This document shows positions 42,134-51,748 of a DNA stretch of 64,000 bases, in pieces. The notes under the pieces were generated by a model that had not been told where the DNA came from, made no database searches, and worked only from the letters and a program-made list of their open reading frames with translations. The position numbers and the translations under genes were made by a program. Source of the DNA: Candidatus Krumholzibacteriota bacterium (GTDB taxonomy: Bacteria > Krumholzibacteriota > Krumholzibacteriia > JAJRXK01); the NCBI GenBank assembly GCA_963764625.1, contig CAVXTH010000009.1:160001-224000 (forward strand), written 5' to 3'. Position 1 is the stretch's first letter; each line of letters opens with the position of its first letter.

Positions 42134-42589
42134 CTAGGACTCCAGCCATCGGGATGAATCAAGCTCGGGCGGAAGGGGGCAGCTCGAATAGGGAGAAAAC
42201 CAGGAGTACCGGTGACGGGCCACGAAGGAATAGAGTTGGTCACGAAAGCATCGGGGAAAGACTCGTCCGAAGCGCAAGATTCTCCATACTCCTGACAGTT
42301 CGGCGAAGACGGCCAAGACCGCATCCGATCGGATCCTGGCTCGACCATCGACGATGACCACGATAGTATCCGTGGGTGGGGCGGGTGGATCAAGCTCGGA
42401 AAGCACTCGCCGCGCGGCCGCCGACTGCAGGGGAGCAAAGCGAAAGACCTCGCGCCGGTCGTGCCGAAGCACCCAGCGCACCCAACCGTTGCACAGGGCA
42501 CACAGGCCGTCGTAAAGAATCAGTGGATCGCGCGGATGGGAGGAAGAGACCTCGCTCTTCACCGGAAACCGGCCTTGAGCGCGCTCCAC
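42134..42589 (-). CDS. DCC1-like thiol-disulfide oxidoreductase (DUF393)
   Basis: LYDGLCALCNGWV, FAPLQS, RSDAVL, RDQLYSFVARHRY. Confidence 0.9.
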   Translation of the reverse strand: MERAQGRFPVKSEVSSSHPRDPLILYDGLCALCNGWVRWVLRHDRREVFRFAPLQSAAARRVLSELDPPAPPTDTIVVIVDGRARIRSDAVLAVFAELSGVWRILRFGRVFPRCFRDQLYSFVARHRYSWFSPYSSCPLPPELDSSRWLES

Positions 42590-43119
42590 CCCGATTCGTT
42601 CTCCACGCCTACCGGTCCGGTTCGGACGGCCGCCACCTGAAACACCCGATCGTAGCAGTACATGCCGTTCATGGAGACCGTTACGTTCAGATCGGGAAAC
42701 TCGTTCACGAGTGGAACCAGGCCGCTATCGAAGTGGAGAGGCGGCTCGCCGTCGATGCTCAGATCCAGGAGAAGCTGCTGCTGATGGGCGCCTTCATCGA
42801 GGCGCAGGAGCCCATTCCCTTCGATCCGGTGAAACACTTCGCCTTGCCACCGGACGATCCAATTCACCCGGCTCAGCTCGTAGTCCACGAACTGGCCGTC
42901 CTCGCCGCTGCGCCGTAGGATGAACGTACCCTTCAGCCCAGTTTGTGCCAGGATCGGACACTCGCAGGGATCGAAGCAGCCCTCCTGATAACCGGCATCG
43001 GCCTGGAGCTCGTAGAGGTACTCGATGGTCGCGGAGATTTTGGGATTCGAGCTCGGGGCTGCCCCGACAGATGATGAGCCTGTTGCCAGCATGAGCAGAA
43101 CGAGGGTGGTGAGTCCCAT
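42559..43119 (-). CDS. Secreted hypothetical protein with C-terminal PVGVENESGWSALKAGFR tail
   Basis: Signal peptide MGLTTLVLLMLA after GGAGG RBS; GCFDPCECP Cys cluster. Confidence 0.7.
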   Translation of the reverse strand: MGLTTLVLLMLATGSSSVGAAPSSNPKISATIEYLYELQADAGYQEGCFDPCECPILAQTGLKGTFILRRSGEDGQFVDYELSRVNWIVRWQGEVFHRIEGNGLLRLDEGAHQQQLLLDLSIDGEPPLHFDSGLVPLVNEFPDLNVTVSMNGMYCYDRVFQVAAVRTGPVGVENESGWSALKAGFR

Positions 43120-43251
43120 GCCACGGCCTCCTTCAGCTTCGAGGCGCGGGTCGAAGACGGAAAGAACTTCCCTCACTCCGTCCCGCTTTCTGTACTCTCG
43201 AAGCTGATGACAGTATAGCACCCTGTTCCCTCCCGCGGAAGGACCGCAAGG

Positions 43252-44061
43252 ATGTTCCGAATCGCCATCATCGGCTGTGGCAACATGGGTTTGAGCTACG
43301 CTCGGTCGTTCCTCCGCTTCAATCTGGTGACGAAGGAGAATCTGCTTCTCGTCGCCAAGAACGAAGAGCATGCGAAGAAGCTGGCGGAGATGAACCTGGG
43401 GAGGGTCATCCCCAAGATCGATGAGCGCGTGGCGGACTATGGCGTGCTCGTGCTCGCGGTCAAGCCGCAGGACTTCTCCAGCATTGCGCCCGCGCTGAGC
43501 AGCGTACTCCGCCCCGACCACGTACTGCTTTCGGTAATGGCGGGAATAACCACCGCCACTCTTCAAGAGCAGTTACATCACGACGCGATCGTTCGAGCCA
43601 TGCCCAACACTCCGACCCAACTCGGCATGGGCGTGACGGCGTTCATCGCCACCGAGGTCGTCAATCTGCATCGGATTAGCGTGATCGACAGTCTCTTGTC
43701 CACGACGGGTCGTACCATCCTCTTGGGAGAGGAGAGCCAGCTCGACGCGGTCACCGCGCTCAGCGGCAGCGGCCCGGCCTATTTCTTCCACATCATCGAA
43801 ATCATGATTCGAGCCGGGGTGTCCATGGGCCTGGACGAGTCGGTGTCGGCCATGCTGGTCAAACAGACCATGCAGGGGTCGTTTCATCTACTCAACCAAT
43901 CGTCCGAGAGTCTGGAGGAGCTCGTGGCCGCGGTCAGTTCCAAGGGGGGCACTACTGAAGCCGCGTTCCAGAGGCTCGAAGAGGGCGAGTTCGCACGAAC
44001 ACTCAGTGAGGCGATTCTCGCCGCGCACAAGCGGGCAAAGCAACTTTCCGAGTCGAAGTGA
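43252..44061 (+). CDS. proC: Pyrroline-5-carboxylate reductase
   Basis: IGCGNMG, AVKPQ, RAMPNTP, TALSGSGPAY, SKGGTT. Confidence 0.96.
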   Translation: MFRIAIIGCGNMGLSYARSFLRFNLVTKENLLLVAKNEEHAKKLAEMNLGRVIPKIDERVADYGVLVLAVKPQDFSSIAPALSSVLRPDHVLLSVMAGITTATLQEQLHHDAIVRAMPNTPTQLGMGVTAFIATEVVNLHRISVIDSLLSTTGRTILLGEESQLDAVTALSGSGPAYFFHIIEIMIRAGVSMGLDESVSAMLVKQTMQGSFHLLNQSSESLEELVAAVSSKGGTTEAAFQRLEEGEFARTLSEAILAAHKRAKQLSESK

Positions 44062-44145
44062 GGACGTTCCCGATGAAAGCTGGGATGGACCGCCCGCCAC
44101 GTCTCTGGTATTCTTCGTAGCCCCCTCGAACTGAAAGACGCGCAC

Positions 44146-46879
44146 TTGATCGGGAAAATGCCTAGGCCAATACGAAATCGTCAAACTGCTCGGTCGCGGA
44201 GGAATGGGAGAAGTCTATCTCGCGCGCGACACCCGACTGGACCGCGAAGTCGCTCTGAAACTTCTGCCGAAGAATCTCTCTGCGGATTCCGAGCGTCTGG
44301 CTCGCTTCAGAAGAGAGGCAAAAGTGTTGGCCTCTCTCAATCACGACAACATCGCGGGACTCTTCGGTTTGGAGGAGGAAGCGGGGAACATTTTTCTGGT
44401 GATGGAGTTGGCGCACGGGCAGGAACTCGCCCAGCGGATCGCGAAGGGGGCCCTCGCGTTGGAAGAGGCGGTCCAGATCGCCCGGCAGATCGCGGCCGGC
44501 CTGGAGGAAGCGCACGAGAAGGGGATCGTCCACCGCGACCTCAAGCCCGCCAACGTGATGATCTCCGAGGACGGCAAGGTCAAGATCCTCGACTTCGGTC
44601 TCGCGCGCGCCTTCGCCGGGGAGGGGACACACGAGGAAGAGATTGCGAATTCCCCGACGATCACGGCCGCGATGACCCAGGCGGGAACCATTTTGGGCAC
44701 TGCCGCCTACATGAGTCCCGAGCAGGCACGAGGAAAACGCGTCGATCGCCGCGCCGATATCTGGGCCTTCGGAGTCATTCTCTTCGAAATGCTTACGGGG
44801 AGGCAGCTCTTCGCCGGGGAGACGGTCACCGATACCCTGGCGGGCATCCTCAAGACCGATCCAGATTGGGAAGCCCTGCCGGCGGACCTGCCGCCCCACG
44901 TGGAGCGGGTGTTGCGCCGTTGCCTCTCCAAAGATCCCAAGCAACGTCTGCGTGACATCGGGGAAGCGCGCATTCGGCTGGTGGGAACCCCGGGCGAAAC
45001 CGGGACGGCCTCCCCGCGCGATCACGAGCCGGCATCCCCGTGGAGTGTGCGACTACCCTGGGGCATCGCGGTGGCCGCGGTCGCAGTGGCGGCCCTGGCG
45101 ATCTGGCTTCCCGGGCCCCTGAAACCACGCGGGCTTTCGAGCGAGAGATTGGGAGTCATCCGCTTCAGCATCCCCATCGCGCATCCCGTCGACGGGGGGG
45201 CGGGAGTTCCCACCGAACCCGGCGCATGGCTGGACAGCCGCTTCTTCAACCTCAGTCCCGATGGCAAAACCCTGGCATTTCTGGTGAGCGAGGACAGCAG
45301 CTACGCGCTGGGTGTCCGCCGGCTCGACCACGAGGGAATCCAGCGTTTTGCGGCGCCCGACTATCTGGGTGACATTTTCTTTTCGCCCCGAGGCGAACGG
45401 ATCGGCTATTGCGGCCCCACGAAATTTCAGGCGATTTCGCTGAATGGGGGTGCTCTCACCGATCTGTGCGCCGCGATGGGCTACACGCGCGGTGTGCTTT
45501 GGGAGACCGAAGATACCCTGATCCTGCCCTTTGGCGCGAATTCTCCTCTCCTGCGTGCAAATCTGAGTGAGGCGAAGTTCGATACCCTGAGCCATCTCGA
45601 TCTCGATGCCGGCGAGCGGACTCATCGTTGGCCTGCGATTCTCCCCGACGGGCGCGGCTATCTGGTGACGGCGGGCAACGACCTCATCCTGGATTTCGAC
45701 GATGCGCAAGTCGCGGCCATCGACTCCAAGGACCACAGCATTCACTACCTGGTTCAGGGCAACATGCCGAGCTACACCAGCAATGGGCTACTCATCTTCC
45801 ACCGCTCGGGGACCCTCTACGCCGCGCGCTTTGATCTGAAGTCGCTCTCCATCCTCGGTGATCCCTTGTCCGTGCTCAGCGGAGTGATGTACCGGCCGGT
45901 AAGCGGGGTTGCCCAGTACGCGATCTCGCAGAATGGCACTTTGTGCTACGTGCCCGGCGGGCCCATGAGCTCTCGCACCAAGCTCTTCTGGGAGTCTCCC
46001 GACGGATCGCGCACGGAAATCCTCGATCAGGAGGGGACGATTCAAAATGTCGCAGTGAGTCGGGATGGACGCCATTTGGCGATGGAGATCGACGCCGCCA
46101 ACTCCAACGTCTGGACCTTCGACATCGCGCGCAAGAGTCTGTCGCGCCTCACGTTCAAGGGTAGTGTCGGTTACCCCGCATGGGATGCCAAGGGCGAGAT
46201 GGTGTACTTCTCCTCTACTCGGCGCGGCATTCGCTCCATCTACCGGCGGCGGGCGGACGGCGGTGGAGAGGCCGAGTTGGCATTCAAGGGAAGCGACGAA
46301 AGATCTCCCCGCGACTGTGACGTATCCCCGGTGGGAAATCAACTCTGTGCGGTCGTCGTGCTTCGCAATGGCTCGAGCGATCTCTACCGAATCGATCCCG
46401 AGCATCCCGAGGAAGGAGTGCCATTTCTCGATTCTCGTTTCCTCGAGTTCGATCCCAGCTTCTCCCCCGATGGTCACTGGCTGGCCTACGCCTCTGACGA
46501 AACCGGGACGCCGGAGATCTACGTACGCCGCTTTCCCCAGGGAGACAAGAAACAGAAAGTCTCCTCCGACGGCGGCCGGGATCCTCACTGGTCTCGCAAC
46601 GGAAGTACTCTGTACTATATGGGACTGCGGAAAATCATGAAGGCCAGTATCGTTCAAGATGAGAATCTCCTCATCGGAGTCCCGACTGTAGCCCTATCTC
46701 TACCGAATGCCCGGGTGGATACGGACCTGAGGGACATCTATTCCAAGAAGAATTTCGAAGTGGGGCCGCTGAAAGACAGATTTCTGCTCACCGAGGTGCA
46801 ATCGGTGGGAGAGCTTCCCGAGCGTCTGGAGATCGTGCTGAACTGGTTCGACGAGTTGAAGCAGAAGCTGGGCAACTAG
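44146..46879 (+). CDS. Hanks-type Ser/Thr kinase with TM helix and TolB/PD40 beta-propeller; frameshift near 44161
   Basis: Corrected N-terminus MIGKMLGQYEIVKLLGRGGMGEVY; VALK, HRDLKPAN, DFGLA, GTAAYMSPEQ; SPDG repeats. Confidence 0.94.
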
Positions 46880-46961
46880 ACGACGGACCGGGGCGCCTTG
46901 CCGAGCCTTCGGGGGCTGAATATCATGGACAGGCAGCCATGCGGCATTCCCACCGTTCACC

Positions 46962-48440
46962 ATGGAGATCTGCGATGAAGGCTCCCCGGCCAGAATCCGC
47001 CGAGGCCACGGCAGCGGCGCACGGGCTTCCGACTCCGTACGCGCTTGGGGCGCATTGCTTCTCCTGCTCGCACCATTCGTTCTCTCTTCCTGCGGCTTGG
47101 TTCAGAACCGCGAAAACACGGCGATGAAGAAGCTGCGCGAGGAGGTGCGCGGCAAGAATCTCGTGATGGTATTGCTCGACGCGGGGGGCTATGGCCACTT
47201 CGGTTTCGCGGGCTACGATCGCGATACCACCCCGAACATCGACGCGCTGGCCGCCCAGAGCCTGGTGTTCGACACGGCCTACACGGAGGCGGCGTCGACC
47301 GGACCTTCGGTCTACGCCATGTTCACCTCCAGTTATCCCTTTCTCGCGGAACAGCAAGGACTCAAGGGCATCCGGGACGCCCCCTTCAAGATCGATGAGA
47401 AGACGGAGTTGATGCCGGCGCTCCTCGCACCGAAGTTCACGCGGCGCGTGGCCTATTCGGCCAATGCTTGGATTGGCCCCGCGTTCGGTTTCGATCGCGG
47501 GTTCACCCAGTTTCACGAGATCTACGACAACGAAGCGGTGCCCGATTCGACCGAGCACCTCGCGGCTCGCAACGTCGATGCGTTCAAGAAGGATTTGAAG
47601 TCGTGGGGAAACGAACCGGTCTTCGTCTATCTTCATTTTCTGGAACCGCACTCGCCGTACAAACCCCCCGAGGAATTTGCCCGCAAGTTCGATTCGACGG
47701 CAATGGACAGCATCGACGCCAGCTCGCAGAGTCTCCTGCAATACCGCTTCGATCCTCCGAGCCCCCACCGGCAGGAAATGATCCGATCCCTCTACGACGG
47801 AAATCTGACCTACGTCGACTCAAAGGTTGGCGAGGTGATCGAAGCCCTGAAGAAGAGCGGACACTGGAACGATACCGTCTTCTTGGTGATCGCCGATCAT
47901 GGGGAAGCGTTCTGGGAGCATGGGGTCTACGAGCATGGTCACCATATCTATGATGAGTTCATGCGAATTCCTTTCATCCTGCACCTTCCGGGAGCGAAGG
48001 ATCTCGTGGGCCGCCACATCAAACAGCCGGTTTCCCTGGTCGATCTGTTGCCCACCTACCTGGATCTCTTCGGAATCACTCCCCCGGACAGCCTGAGAGG
48101 TGACAGCCTGCTTCCCCTCATCGCGGGCAAAACCAAGGCCTTCGAGACGCGAAAGATCTTCCTGCGCAACACCCACCGAACCGTGCCGGAATTTGGCGTG
48201 CGCGCAGGTGATTACAAGTGGATCTATCGGGTGCGCGAGAGCAGCTACCAACTGTACGACCTCGCGGAGGATCCGCACGAACAGCACGATTTGGTCGCGG
48301 CGGGCATGGTTCCACCGGCCATCGAACCCCTTCGCAAGGAGATCGGGTTGTGGATCGCCACCGGAACGCACCGCATTCAACCGGTGGAAAAGCTCGATCC
48401 CAAGACAGAACAGAGACTCCACGCCATCGGCTATTTTTGA
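46962..48440 (+). CDS. Sulfatase-like (alkaline phosphatase superfamily) lipoprotein, copy 1
   Basis: Lipobox LSSC, LLDA, TTPNIDALA, AASTGPS, HFLEPHSPY, YDG, ADHGE, LHAIGYF. True start probably ATG 46975 with an indel near 47050, by comparison with copy 2. Confidence 0.88.
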   Translation: MEICDEGSPARIRRGHGSGARASDSVRAWGALLLLLAPFVLSSCGLVQNRENTAMKKLREEVRGKNLVMVLLDAGGYGHFGFAGYDRDTTPNIDALAAQSLVFDTAYTEAASTGPSVYAMFTSSYPFLAEQQGLKGIRDAPFKIDEKTELMPALLAPKFTRRVAYSANAWIGPAFGFDRGFTQFHEIYDNEAVPDSTEHLAARNVDAFKKDLKSWGNEPVFVYLHFLEPHSPYKPPEEFARKFDSTAMDSIDASSQSLLQYRFDPPSPHRQEMIRSLYDGNLTYVDSKVGEVIEALKKSGHWNDTVFLVIADHGEAFWEHGVYEHGHHIYDEFMRIPFILHLPGAKDLVGRHIKQPVSLVDLLPTYLDLFGITPPDSLRGDSLLPLIAGKTKAFETRKIFLRNTHRTVPEFGVRAGDYKWIYRVRESSYQLYDLAEDPHEQHDLVAAGMVPPAIEPLRKEIGLWIATGTHRIQPVEKLDPKTEQRLHAIGYF

Positions 48441-49963
48441 GGGAATCTCATGAACGGACGCACAACCAGTACTCATTCCGTCTCTCTTGGAGGTCCTTCA
48501 TGAAGGTTCCTCGAAGATCCTCGGACGATACCGCGACCAGCCGGATTCGGCGCATGCCCCTCAGCAATCTGGGACTGTTGCTCGTTCTGGTGGCGCCCTT
48601 CTTTTTGATCTCCTGCGGCTCTCTCTTCAATCGTGAGAATGCCAAGATGAATCGGCTGCGCGACGCGGTACGGGGCAAGAATCTCGTGATGGTACTGCTC
48701 GACGCGGGGGGCTACGGACACTTCGGCTTCGCGGGCTACGATCGCGACACCACCCCGAACATCGACGCACTCGCCGCGAAGAGCCTGGTGTTCGATACGG
48801 CCTATACGGAGGCAGCGTCGACGGGGCATTCCGTCTATGCAATGCTCACGTCGAGCTATCCCTTCCTCGCCGAAAAGCAGGGACTGAAGGGAATCGTCGA
48901 TGCTCCCTTCAAAGTGGGCGAGAAGACCAATCTCATGCAGGCGCTCTTGGCGGCCAAGTTCGGCCGTCGCATCGGTATCTCGGGAAATCCCTGGTTCGGG
49001 CCGGATTTTGGATTCGATCGAGGGTTCACGAAATTCTACGAAATCTACGACAACGAATCGGTGCCCGATTCGACGGAGCATTTGGCCGCGCGTACCGTCG
49101 AGGCGTTCGAGAATGACATGAAGTCCTGGGGAAATGAGCAGGTCTTCGCCTACCTGCATTTTCTCGAACCGCACACTCCCTACACTCCCCCTGATGAGTT
49201 CGCCCGCAAGTTCGATGCGGTGGCGGCGGATAGCGTCGACGCGAGTGCGCGGAATCTGATCAAGTACCGGCTCGATCCTCCCAGTAAACACCGGCAAGAG
49301 ATGATCCGCGCGCTCTACGACGGCAATCTGGCCTATGTCGATTCGAAGGTTGGGGAGGTCATCGAGGATTTGAAGAAGAGCGGCCGCTGGGACAGCACCG
49401 TGTTCTTGGTGATCGCCGATCACGGAGAGGCGTTCTGGGAACATGGGGTCTACGCGCATGGGCGCCACATTTACGAGGAGTTCATGCGGATTCCCTTCAT
49501 CATGCACATTCCGGGAGCACCCGAATTCGCGGGGCAGCACGTGAAGGAACCGGTTTCCCTGGTCGATTTGCTACCCACTTATCTCGACCTCTTCGAGATC
49601 AAACCGCCGAGTGGTCTGAAAGGGGACAGTTTGGTGCCCCTCATCGCGGGACGCACGGAGGACTTCAAGACGCGCAAGGTCTTTCTGCGCAACACCCACA
49701 GCATCGTACCGGAGTTCGGACTCAGGGCCGGTCGCTACAAGTGGATCTACCGGGTCTACGAGAGCAGCTACCAACTCTACGACCTCGTGGAAGACCCGCA
49801 CGAGAAGCACGATCTGGTCGCCGCGAACGAGGTGCCGCCGGAGATCGAGCCGCTTCGCAAGGAGATCGCACTGTGGATCGCAACCGGTACCGACCGCGTG
49901 GAGCCGGTGGACCATCTCGATCCGAAGACCGAGGAGCGCCTGCACGCGATCGGGTATTTCTGA
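47151..49963 (+). repeat. Diverged tandem gene duplication (47151-48440 vs 48674-49963)
   Basis: Shared blocks such as ggcaagaatctcgtgatggta at 47151 and 48674; both stops lie at the same 1523-bp offset. Confidence 0.9.
48500..49963 (+). CDS. Sulfatase-like lipoprotein, copy 2
   Basis: Same motifs as copy 1 (LISC, AASTGHS, ADHGE); GGAGG RBS before ATG 48500. Confidence 0.88.
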   Translation: MKVPRRSSDDTATSRIRRMPLSNLGLLLVLVAPFFLISCGSLFNRENAKMNRLRDAVRGKNLVMVLLDAGGYGHFGFAGYDRDTTPNIDALAAKSLVFDTAYTEAASTGHSVYAMLTSSYPFLAEKQGLKGIVDAPFKVGEKTNLMQALLAAKFGRRIGISGNPWFGPDFGFDRGFTKFYEIYDNESVPDSTEHLAARTVEAFENDMKSWGNEQVFAYLHFLEPHTPYTPPDEFARKFDAVAADSVDASARNLIKYRLDPPSKHRQEMIRALYDGNLAYVDSKVGEVIEDLKKSGRWDSTVFLVIADHGEAFWEHGVYAHGRHIYEEFMRIPFIMHIPGAPEFAGQHVKEPVSLVDLLPTYLDLFEIKPPSGLKGDSLVPLIAGRTEDFKTRKVFLRNTHSIVPEFGLRAGRYKWIYRVYESSYQLYDLVEDPHEKHDLVAANEVPPEIEPLRKEIALWIATGTDRVEPVDHLDPKTEERLHAIGYF

Positions 49964-49979
49964 GGAAGCGGTTCGCGCC

Positions 49980-51659
49980 TCAGTCGTGCAGATTCTTGAT
50001 CATGTAGGTTCCCTGCAACGCGTATCCCCGTCGGCGGTAGTAGGCCCGGGTTCCCACCGAGGCGATAACGGCCATGCGCGGATAGCCGCCCTCTTGGGCG
50101 AGTTCCTCGGCGCGTACCAGCAAGCGGCGTCCGAGCCCACGGTGTTGGCGAGTCGCGGCGGGTGAATCCTCGGCGTCACGCCCGATCTGAAGCGCCGGCC
50201 CGTAGACGTGCACCTCGCGCACGAGCGCGCAGCCTTCGAGCTCATTCAGTCCGAGGTTCTGTCCTTGGGAGAAGCCCGGCGTTTCGGGCAACGAGAGCCG
50301 CAGGTACCCGGCGCAGCGGTCCTGGGGGTCGTCGAAGGAGAGAAAGACCTCTTCGCTCTCGCGACAATGGTACTTCTGCTCGTTCAGGGAGAGACTGCCG
50401 GTATCGACAACGTGGCTTCTCACTTCCCGACAGCGCAGGCAGTGGCAGCTCCGGTGCGACTGCTTCATGATCTCGGCGATTCTCTGGCGCAGATTGGTGA
50501 TCTTGCAACCGGCCACCACGTTGGTCGAGGGAATGTCGCGGTAGATGCGATTGATGCGACAGTAACGGGGAACAAGTTCTTTGCAGGCGATGATCAATTC
50601 GATCAGGGTGTCGTCGTCGTAGGGTTCATAGTTCCCTTTCAACCAGTTCTGGTAGAGCGCGGCGTTTTTCAGGAGAGTCGTGGGGTAGATCTTGATCTCG
50701 TCGGGCCGCAGACCTGGATCCTCGAAGAGCTTCTGGAAGTCCTCCAGATCGCTGTGCGCGGCGGCCCCGTGCAGGTTGGGCATCCAGTGGAGCACCAGCT
50801 TGAAGCCGGCAGTGCGCAGTCGCGCCATGGCCCCGCGCGTCTGTTCCACCGTGTGGCCGCGCTGATTGAGCCTCAGGATCCGATCATCCAGCGATTGCGC
50901 GCCCATTTGGATCTTGGTAGCCCCCAAGTGGCGCAGGTGACGGATCTCTTCCAGAGTCACGTGGTCGGGGCGGGTCTCCAGCACGAGTCCGACGTTGCGG
51001 CATCGTGCGCTCTCGTTTCGCCTTTGGGCTTCCGGTAGGTTGGTGGAAGGTGTGAGGGTCTTTCCTCGCACGGAAGAACCCGACAAGCCCGTCGCGTCGT
51101 TCATGGCGTCCAGGCAACGCCGTACGAAATACTCCTGATACTCGCGTGGATAACTCGACCAGGTGCCACCCAAGACCAAAAGCTCGATCTTGTCCGCGGG
51201 GTGCCCATTGCTCTCGAACGCGGCGATCCGCCCCGCAGTCTGCTCGTAGGGATCGAACCCGTGTTGCTCGGCTCGCATTGCACCGGGTTCATCGCGCAGA
51301 TAGCTCTTGGGCATGCGGGCGTCGGTAGGGCAGAAAATGCACTGGCCGGGACAGGGAAAGGGCTTGGTGAGGACGGTGACCGGGGTGACTCCACTCAGAG
51401 TTCGGACCGGCCGCATTTGGATGCGACGCAAGAGTCCCTCATCCGGAGCGATTACCCCGGTGGAAGAGAGCAGGCGGTATCCGGCGACGAGGTGGTTCTT
51501 GCTGAAGACGCCGTTGCCATCCCGGGGATGACGGCGCAGGATGGAAGCCAGGCGTTTCTCGCTCATCCGGTCGAGCGCGGCGACTTCCCGCAGAATGACG
51601 CGGAGGGTTTCACGGTAGTGATGAAGGTCGAGCTCTGAGAGTGGAGCTGGCTTCGCCAT
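49980..51659 (-). CDS. elp3: Elp3 tRNA uridine(34) 5-carboxymethyltransferase (radical SAM + KAT)
   Basis: RTLSGV..V..KP.PCPGQCIFCP, PKSY...EPGAMRA, GH..DKIEL..LGGT, ETRPD, PDEIKIYPT, RINRIYRDIP, CHCLRCREV, VREVHVYG, QHRGLG, VIASVGTRAYY..RGY. Confidence 0.93.
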   Translation of the reverse strand: MAKPAPLSELDLHHYRETLRVILREVAALDRMSEKRLASILRRHPRDGNGVFSKNHLVAGYRLLSSTGVIAPDEGLLRRIQMRPVRTLSGVTPVTVLTKPFPCPGQCIFCPTDARMPKSYLRDEPGAMRAEQHGFDPYEQTAGRIAAFESNGHPADKIELLVLGGTWSSYPREYQEYFVRRCLDAMNDATGLSGSSVRGKTLTPSTNLPEAQRRNESARCRNVGLVLETRPDHVTLEEIRHLRHLGATKIQMGAQSLDDRILRLNQRGHTVEQTRGAMARLRTAGFKLVLHWMPNLHGAAAHSDLEDFQKLFEDPGLRPDEIKIYPTTLLKNAALYQNWLKGNYEPYDDDTLIELIIACKELVPRYCRINRIYRDIPSTNVVAGCKITNLRQRIAEIMKQSHRSCHCLRCREVRSHVVDTGSLSLNEQKYHCRESEEVFLSFDDPQDRCAGYLRLSLPETPGFSQGQNLGLNELEGCALVREVHVYGPALQIGRDAEDSPAATRQHRGLGRRLLVRAEELAQEGGYPRMAVIASVGTRAYYRRRGYALQGTYMIKNLHD

Positions 51660-51730
51660 GGTCCTGTGGGAGGGAGGAGAGGTGACTGGGTGGCGGAGCG
51701 CGGCCGAGGGCTTCGCCCTGCATCGCTCCA

Positions 51731-51739
51731 TAGTATAGA
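51731..51739. promoter_or_regulatory. Overlapping divergent -10-like elements between elp3 and the methyltransferase
   Basis: TAGTATAGA reads TATACT on the minus strand and TAGTAT/TATAGA on the plus strand, within an 89-bp spacer. Confidence 0.35.
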
Positions 51740-51748
51740 AGGATTCTA

